DNA of 64,000 bases from a virus (lineage: Duplodnaviria; Caudoviricetes). Below, one piece after another: positions 57,637 to 64,000 of the stretch (its first letter is position 1; each line of letters begins with the position of its first letter). The notes below the pieces were generated by a model. That model did no database searches. It was not told the DNA's origin and worked only from the letters and a program-made list of their open reading frames with translations. Made by a program: the position numbers and the translations under genes. The DNA lies in the IMG/VR virus record IMGVR_UViG_3300033463_000023, positions 1 through 64,000 of that record. One strand, written 5' to 3'.

Positions 57637-60600
57637 ATGGAGAAGGTGATAACGAACAAGTTCTGCGTGACGTCCGTCTACGACGGCGAGGACGGCAGGG
57701 ACGCCGCCGCGCTGGAGATATCCCCCAACCCGATCGTCTTCAACGGCGACAGCAACGGCGCCGTCAGCCGCGGCGGCACCGCGACGCCCGTCACCGTGCA
57801 GATGCGCGTCGGCGGCGGCAGCCCCGTGCAGCTCCGCGACATCGTGGCGGTGACCACGCCGCCGGGCGTGGAGTTCAGGACGTACTCCTCCGGCAGCTCG
57901 CAGGGCGGCGCGGCCCCGTCAAACCTCGGCACGCTCCGCTACCGCGTCGGGCTGATCAGCGACCCCCACTACAACGCCGAGGGCGACGACACGGAGTTCG
58001 CCGGCGACATCGAGAACGCCATGGACTACTTCGACTCGCTCGCGTCGATGGCCTTCTCGTGCTGCTGCGGCGACGTCTGCGACACGATGAACGAGGACCT
58101 CGTGATGTTCACGAGGCTCTGGGCGAACAAGGCGAAGTGCCTGAACGGCGCCGGCTGGCCGTCCGGCGGGAAGACGGGCTTCCAGCTGATCAGGCCGCAG
58201 GGCGGAATCATGCCGAAGCCGAGCATGAGGCTGATGACGTGCCTCGGGAACCACGACGTGAGGCAGGTGTTCGGCCAGACGTCGAACGGCTACAACGACC
58301 CCAGGACGGGAAACAAGTGGAACGGCGTGGCGCGCCTGAAGTACCTTCCGGACAGCACGCAGCCGACGTGGGTGACCACGTGGGAGGACGAGGGGCAGCG
58401 GCCGGGGCTCACCGCCTCGGACCAGTGGACCAACGAGTACAACAACCCGACGAACCGCGACTACTCCGTGGAGAACCTCAAGGAGTACATCGGCGAGGGC
58501 AACGCCGGCGAAAGCGACATCTACTTCCTCGGGTACGACGATATATGGAACCCGGGCGCGGGATGGGGCATCTACAACAGCGTGACCGCCGCGTCGGGAG
58601 GCTGGAGCATAAGGAGCATGCGCTCGAAGATGAACTTCTACCACGTGAAGGGCAGCGACCTGTTCGTGTTCATATCCGCGGACTACGGCACGGACCCGAA
58701 CGTCGACCAGTGCTGGAGGTTCGACCACGCGATAAACCTGCTCGACATGAACGACGCCTACGCGCAGCAGGTGGAGAGCTACGTCATCCAGCAGGAGAAC
58801 GCGCTCGGCGACCCGAACAAGTACAGCCGCGCCGCCGAGTACGGCTTCAACTACCAGATATACGACTGCCGCGCGCTCCTGTTCCTGAAGAAGGTGCTGG
58901 AGGACAACTACGCGTCGAAGCGGATATTCGTCTTCTCGCACCACTACTTCCCGCACAAGGCGGGCAACGGCAAGAGCAACGCGCACGTGGACGGCGGTAC
59001 GGGGTACTACTGCTCGAAGGACCACGTCCGCCCGTTCCAGTCGCCCATGGACTACGGCTCGCAGTGCGGCAGCTACGACCTCTGCGGCGTGCAGTTCCAC
59101 TTCCTGAACGTCCTGAACAGGCTCTACCCGAAGGCCGTGTGGTTCACCGGCCACTCCCACTTCATCTGGCAGGACAAGGACAGCGACCCGTTCATGAACT
59201 TCTGCGACGGCGACTTCGACTACAAGAAGCCGACGGCTAACGACAGCGCCACGAACTACAACGGCTCCTCCGGCGTGCCGGCGTTCTACACCAGGACGTC
59301 CGACGACCGGGTGGCGAAGACCGCGTGGAACGTGCACCTGCCGAGCCTTTCGAGACCGAAGACGCTCTCCACGGGCCAGGAGATGAGGAAGGGGAACTGG
59401 AGCCAGGGCGCGGTCATGGAGGTGTACGACGACTACGTGAAGATCATAGGCCTGTCGTTCAAGGACGACGGCAGCGGCGGCGGCTACTACGGCCACACGG
59501 ACGGCAGCGGGAAGTTCGTCCCCGAGCCGAGGGAGATAACGAACCTGATCGTCAGGAAGAGCGACGGCAAGGGCTGGGTGGACGGCTACGAGCAGGAGTC
59601 GGCGTCGTCCTACACGGACACGCCGCTCGTCATCAGCGGCGACACGGCCGCCGGCACCATCACCGCCGAGGGCGCGAGGGACGCCGTCGAGGGGCTGCTG
59701 ACGGTCACGCTGCGGGACGTCAGCGGCAACGAGGCCAGCGGCTCCGCCACCGTCACCGTCCATGCCGACACGGGCGGCCAGGCAGGACCGCCGGGCGCCG
59801 AGTACAAGGTGCTCAGCGAGAAGACCTTCTACTGCCGGACGGCATCGTCGTCCGCGCCCGCGCAGCCGACGACGAAGTCGCCGGGCAGCGGGTTCGTCGA
59901 CGGCTCCGGCAACAGCTGGTCCGTGACGCCGCCGATACCGTACGTGTCGGAGCCCTTCGTCTGGAAGTGCACCTTCACCACCTTCCAGCTGACGGCGGTG
60001 GACTTCAGGTGGGGCGACGTGGAGCCCTTCGAGACCTACCAGCCGCAGACGCGCATCCTCACCTACGTGGAGTGGGAAGCGTTCTTCGCCCCCGGCGCGG
60101 ACAACAGGATATACAGGGGAGACCCCGGCGAGCCGTACAAGGACCTGTACCTCGACACGCACCAGGAGGCGTTCTACGAGTGCATCAAGTCAGGCAACGC
60201 GACGCCGTACATCGCCCCCGGCGGCACCGGCAGCTGGGAGGAGTACTGGAAGGCCGGCACGTACTTCGCCTCCGTCGGCGTGGGCCTGCTGGCCGTCGTC
60301 AAGGCGCACGTGAAGGAGCTCGTCGTGGGCATGCTCCAGACGGAGATGAGCCAGGACGGCATCTGCATCTCCATCTCCGGCGGCCTCATGCGCGCCACCT
60401 ACGCCGCGTCGAACCAGTACGCGGAGTTCGGCGTCAGGGAGACGGCCGACGGCACGAAGATCCTCTGCCTGAACTTCTACAAGGACGGCGACCTGCTGCT
60501 GGCGCTCGGACCCGACGACATCTACAGCCACATGACGGTGAGGGAGTCGGCGTACGAGGCGGTGTCAGCGAAGCGGAGCGCCTCGAGCAACACCGGCGGC

Positions 60601-60954
60601 ACGAAGCTCAACCCGGCAACGACGGGCGACACGATATACCGGTTCACCGAGGGCATCCAGTCCGTCGGCGGCGTGAAGAAGTACGCCGTGTCGCAGTCCA
60701 CGAAGCCCTCCGTCTTCGACGCGAAGTACCTGGCGCAGCAGTACTCCGACGCCACCCTCCGGGGCTCCTCGTCGACGCTCCAGAACAGGAAGGCGCAGGA
60801 CGGCTGGTACCTCTACGAGGCGTCCGGCGGCACCGCCAGGGAGATGCACGTCGTGGACGGCGTGGTGACGGAGCGGAACTACATCAAGTACAACACCAGG
60901 ACGTACGTGATCAACGAATGGGGCCCGGAGATGGACTACGACAGGGAGGCATGA
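57637..60954 (+). CDS. Putative tail protein with embedded metallophosphoesterase domain
   Basis: DGEDG tail-like N-terminus; SDPH, CGD, GNHD, SHH, TGHSH; tail-like C-terminal half. Confidence 0.75.
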   Translation: MEKVITNKFCVTSVYDGEDGRDAAALEISPNPIVFNGDSNGAVSRGGTATPVTVQMRVGGGSPVQLRDIVAVTTPPGVEFRTYSSGSSQGGAAPSNLGTLRYRVGLISDPHYNAEGDDTEFAGDIENAMDYFDSLASMAFSCCCGDVCDTMNEDLVMFTRLWANKAKCLNGAGWPSGGKTGFQLIRPQGGIMPKPSMRLMTCLGNHDVRQVFGQTSNGYNDPRTGNKWNGVARLKYLPDSTQPTWVTTWEDEGQRPGLTASDQWTNEYNNPTNRDYSVENLKEYIGEGNAGESDIYFLGYDDIWNPGAGWGIYNSVTAASGGWSIRSMRSKMNFYHVKGSDLFVFISADYGTDPNVDQCWRFDHAINLLDMNDAYAQQVESYVIQQENALGDPNKYSRAAEYGFNYQIYDCRALLFLKKVLEDNYASKRIFVFSHHYFPHKAGNGKSNAHVDGGTGYYCSKDHVRPFQSPMDYGSQCGSYDLCGVQFHFLNVLNRLYPKAVWFTGHSHFIWQDKDSDPFMNFCDGDFDYKKPTANDSATNYNGSSGVPAFYTRTSDDRVAKTAWNVHLPSLSRPKTLSTGQEMRKGNWSQGAVMEVYDDYVKIIGLSFKDDGSGGGYYGHTDGSGKFVPEPREITNLIVRKSDGKGWVDGYEQESASSYTDTPLVISGDTAAGTITAEGARDAVEGLLTVTLRDVSGNEASGSATVTVHADTGGQAGPPGAEYKVLSEKTFYCRTASSSAPAQPTTKSPGSGFVDGSGNSWSVTPPIPYVSEPFVWKCTFTTFQLTAVDFRWGDVEPFETYQPQTRILTYVEWEAFFAPGADNRIYRGDPGEPYKDLYLDTHQEAFYECIKSGNATPYIAPGGTGSWEEYWKAGTYFASVGVGLLAVVKAHVKELVVGMLQTEMSQDGICISISGGLMRATYAASNQYAEFGVRETADGTKILCLNFYKDGDLLLALGPDDIYSHMTVRESAYEAVSAKRSASSNTGGTKLNPATTGDTIYRFTEGIQSVGGVKKYAVSQSTKPSVFDAKYLAQQYSDATLRGSSSTLQNRKAQDGWYLYEASGGTAREMHVVDGVVTERNYIKYNTRTYVINEWGPEMDYDREA

Positions 60955-60988
60955 CACATCTTTTAATTAACATAGAAACAGCACGATT

Positions 60989-61216
60989 ATGGAAGAGACA
61001 ACGAAACTGAGCAGGCTGACCGTCGACATGGGAGGCCGCATGTACGAGCTCGACGGGGGCGGCGGCGGATCGCAGCCGGGACCTAACACCGTCGGGACGG
61101 AGGAACTGAAGGACGGCGCCGTGGAGATGCAGGACCTCCACGACGACGTGAGGGGCACGATGCTCACCGGCGACGACCGCGTGTCGCAGGGTGACCTTGA
61201 CAGGTTCGAGGTATGA
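60989..61216 (+). CDS. Hypothetical protein
   Basis: 75 aa, ACGATT-ATG start. Confidence 0.7.
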   Translation: MEETTKLSRLTVDMGGRMYELDGGGGGSQPGPNTVGTEELKDGAVEMQDLHDDVRGTMLTGDDRVSQGDLDRFEV

Positions 61217-61231
61217 CGCTATATTGAGGAC

Positions 61232-61522
61232 ATGGACATGCAGACGACAGTGACAAGACCCGCGCCGAAGGCCCCGGCCCCCCGCGGGAGGAAGAAGACC
61301 CACGCCAGGCCCGCCGTGCCCCCCGTGGCAAGGCAGGCGGAGAGAGTGACCGCGCAGATGTACGAGTCCCTGAAGGCCCCCGGCGCCCCGAAGGCGTCGC
61401 CCATGGGGTACATCATGGGGGCGTCGATGGTGCTGAAGCTGCTCATAGACCAGGCCGTGCAGCAGGGCGAGGACCGCGCCGCGCTGAAGGCGCAGGCGAT
61501 GGCGTTCATCGAGTCGATGTGA
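61232..61522 (+). CDS. Hypothetical protein
   Basis: 96-aa ORF. Confidence 0.65.
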   Translation: MDMQTTVTRPAPKAPAPRGRKKTHARPAVPPVARQAERVTAQMYESLKAPGAPKASPMGYIMGASMVLKLLIDQAVQQGEDRAALKAQAMAFIESM

Positions 61523-61585
61523 CACATTCATAGTTTTCGGGGGTGAGAGTCCCCCATAAGTTTCACTAACACAATTTCTAAAGTT

Positions 61586-62575
61586 ATGACTAAAGAGAAG
61601 TACATGGCGCTTGCCGACTTCCAGAGCCTCTGGACGAACTCGATCAAGCCGTACATCGTGGCCGGCTTCATCGCGATGCTGGCAAGTGACGCAGCCAACG
61701 CCAAGAACCTCGTGCTGGCCGACGGCACGAACATCGCACAGTCGACGTTCATCGCCGCCACCGAGAAGGGCGCCAACAGCGGCGTGGCAACCCTCGACGC
61801 GACGGGCAAGGTGCCCAGCTCGCAGCTGCCCAGCTTCGTCGACGACGTGCTGGAGGGCTACCTGAACGCCACCGACGGCAAGTTCTACGAGGAGGACACC
61901 TACCAGACGGAGATCCCCGCAGAGGGAGGCAAGATCTATATCGACCTCTCCAACGGCAAGACCTACCGCTGGGGCGGCTCCACCTACGCAGAGATCTCAG
62001 CAGGCCTGGCACTGGGCGAGACCCAGGGAACCGCCTACGAGGGCTCCAAGGGTAAGGCCAACGCCGACGACATCGCCCTCCTGAAGACCGACAAGGCCAA
62101 CAAGAGCGAGATGGCCATCGAGGCCGTCAGCGGCGACTCCACCAAGAAGACCATCACGCTGAAGGACGGCCTGTCCCAGGACGTGATCGTCGCCCACCAG
62201 GACATCAGCGGCAAGCAGGACGAGATCGACGCATCGGGCATCCTGAAGGGTGACGGCTCGGGCGGCGTGACGGCTGCCGTCGCCGGCACCGACTACCAGG
62301 CACCGCTGGTGGCAGGCACGGACTACCAGACCCCGCTCGTTGCAGGCACCGACTACGTGGTGCCCGTCTCCGGCAAGGGCCTGTCCACCGAGGACTACAC
62401 CACGGCCGAGAAGACCAAGCTCTCCGGCATCGCCGCCGCCGCGCAGGTCAACGTCATCGAGACCGTGAAGGTCAACGGCACCGCCCTGACCCCCGACGCC
62501 AACAAGGCCGTCGACGTGACGTTCGAGATCCCCGAGCGCGTCAGCTCGGCAGACCTGGCCACCTTCGTGGTATAG
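61586..62575 (+). CDS. Tail/head fibre-like protein
   Basis: KGANSGVATLDATGKVPSSQLPS, GKGLSTEDYTTAEKTKL, VNVIETVKVNG modules typical of phage fibres. Confidence 0.75.
   Translation: MTKEKYMALADFQSLWTNSIKPYIVAGFIAMLASDAANAKNLVLADGTNIAQSTFIAATEKGANSGVATLDATGKVPSSQLPSFVDDVLEGYLNATDGKFYEEDTYQTEIPAEGGKIYIDLSNGKTYRWGGSTYAEISAGLALGETQGTAYEGSKGKANADDIALLKTDKANKSEMAIEAVSGDSTKKTITLKDGLSQDVIVAHQDISGKQDEIDASGILKGDGSGGVTAAVAGTDYQAPLVAGTDYQTPLVAGTDYVVPVSGKGLSTEDYTTAEKTKLSGIAAAAQVNVIETVKVNGTALTPDANKAVDVTFEIPERVSSADLATFVV
62279..62356 (+). repeat. 30-nt coding tandem repeat (VAGTDYQ.PL, ~2.6 copies)
   Basis: GGCAC(C/G)GACTAC repeated at 30-nt period. Confidence 0.85.
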
Positions 62576-62665
62576 GCGCACGACAACCGCGGGAGGGGAT
62601 GTCTTTTGACAGGAGACGCTACCCGTCCCCTCCCGTCTTTCCCTAACTCATAACGGAAGAAGACT

Positions 62666-63808
62666 ATGACGAAAGCAAGATACATGGCGCTGGCGGACTT
62701 CCAGTCCCTCTGGGACGGCGCCATCAAGCCGTGGATACGGAGCCTCGGCCTGGACGTGACGGACATCGCGTCCCTCGCCGCGGACTACGTGTTCAGCCCC
62801 GGCGAGACGGTGGCCCTCAACGGGTCGCTGTACCGCTGCACGAGCGCGACGCAGGCCACGCCGCTGACGCTGGCCACCCAGGGCGGCAGCCTCGTGTACG
62901 TGGAGCTGAACGGCCAGCGCGCCTACGCCGTCACCGGCACGACGCTCAACGCGGGGTGGCAGAAGGTGACGGACGTCGACGACAAGTTCTGGGCCGAGCA
63001 GCGCCTGGCCACGAAGGCCGCCAGGGCGACGACGCTCTCCGGCTACGGCATCGGCGACGCCTACACGAAGGCGCAGGTCGACGCCCTGACGAGGCACACC
63101 CGCCTGACCGACTTCGACCTGGCCACGCTGAGGAAGGCCGTCGCGGACCAGAACCTCGAGAAGTACGGGCTGAAGGTCGGCGACCAGAAGACCATCAACG
63201 GCAACGTCTACATCATCGCGGGCCTGAACCCGATGAAGGGCAGCACCCTGCAGACGTACCCGTGCACGGCGGACCACGTCGGCCTGATCGTCGTCCCCGA
63301 CGCCGCCGCCCTGGCGTGGAACGCCAGCGGCAACACCTACACGGGCGCGGGCGGCAGGGGCGCAGGCTACGCGAACAGCGACCTGCACTACTATCTGAAG
63401 AACACGGTACTCCCGCTGGTGAAGGCCGACCTCGGCGAGGACAGGATCCTCTCCCACGGGAAGCTGCTGACCAACGCCGTGAACCAGAGCGGCTACAACC
63501 GCCTCGGCGGGAACACGGGCTGCGCCTCCGGGCACGCCTGGGAGTTCAGCTACATCGCCGCCCTCTCGGAGGCGCAGGTCTGCGGCGGGACGGTATGGAG
63601 CTCCTCCGGCTACGACACCGGCGAGGCGTCCCAGCAGCTGGAGGTCTTCAGGAAATACAAGTACACGGAGCTCTTCGGCGTCAGCGGCGTCTGGCTCAGG
63701 GACGTCGTCTCGGCCACCGAGGCCGCCTTCCTCTGCGAGTACGGCCAGCCGTCCATGCGCGCGGCGACGTACCAGTACAAGGCCGCCGCGCTCGTCCTGT
63801 TCCACTGA
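62666..63808 (+). CDS. Tail fibre / receptor-binding-like protein
   Basis: KATTLSGYGI.DAYTK-like fibre motif; C-terminal LKVGD...GY..S.L...WLRD domain. Confidence 0.7.
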   Translation: MTKARYMALADFQSLWDGAIKPWIRSLGLDVTDIASLAADYVFSPGETVALNGSLYRCTSATQATPLTLATQGGSLVYVELNGQRAYAVTGTTLNAGWQKVTDVDDKFWAEQRLATKAARATTLSGYGIGDAYTKAQVDALTRHTRLTDFDLATLRKAVADQNLEKYGLKVGDQKTINGNVYIIAGLNPMKGSTLQTYPCTADHVGLIVVPDAAALAWNASGNTYTGAGGRGAGYANSDLHYYLKNTVLPLVKADLGEDRILSHGKLLTNAVNQSGYNRLGGNTGCASGHAWEFSYIAALSEAQVCGGTVWSSSGYDTGEASQQLEVFRKYKYTELFGVSGVWLRDVVSATEAAFLCEYGQPSMRAATYQYKAAALVLFH

Positions 63809-63823
63809 TAAAACGACAGAGAT

Positions 63824-64000
63824 ATGGAAGCAATACAGATCATAAGAGACACCGCGCCGTTCCCCGAGACGGAGCGCGTCAGCGAGGCGCAGGTGAACTT
63901 CTACTTCGACCGGTCGGAGCGCCCCTACGGCGACGGCACGCAGTACATGGCCGTCGTGGCGGAGGTTGAGCTCCCCGCCGAGGAAGGCAGGGAGGACGAC
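63824..64000 (+). CDS. Hypothetical protein, truncated by the window end
   Basis: ATG 63824, open to the end. Confidence 0.6.
   Translation, partial: MEAIQIIRDTAPFPETERVSEAQVNFYFDRSERPYGDGTQYMAVVAEVELPAEEGREDD

Noticed and set aside
62666-63808. DGR with the fibre C-terminus as variable region
   Set aside because: No template repeat differing only at adenines and no Avd-like gene were seen near the RT or elsewhere in the window. A DGR outside the window is not excluded.

Overview
The window looks like 64 kb of a large tailed phage or prophage of a Bacteroidota (Prevotella-like) host. Evidence: TTTG-N20/21-TAnnTTTG promoters, Shine-Dalgarno-less starts, and phage-type gene content. Layout: (1) 1-4.8 kb, Lys-rich ORFs, a TGGACG repeat tract and a ~1.1 kb structured non-coding region bracketed by tRNA-like elements; (2) 4.8-27 kb, an early or anti-defence-like block with an ArdC-like protein, a reverse transcriptase and a DarB-like methyltransferase-helicase; (3) 27-37 kb, a repressor switch, primase-helicase, IF-1 and a PI-PLC-like protein; (4) 38-48 kb, small accessory genes including an AT-rich island and a metallophosphoesterase; (5) 48-64 kb, a holin-like gene and tail or structural genes. 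Main finding: the RT (9065-10678) and its downstream 371-aa gene are interleaved with eight ~160-210 nt non-coding units. These share one covarying secondary structure (5' hairpin whose loop pairs downstream, two nested closing stems, TTCA, YATCR-N6-TAVAG), but each carries a different 68-115 nt hairpin. This suggests an RT with an array of retron-like template RNAs. All pairings were read by eye; no folding or database search was run.
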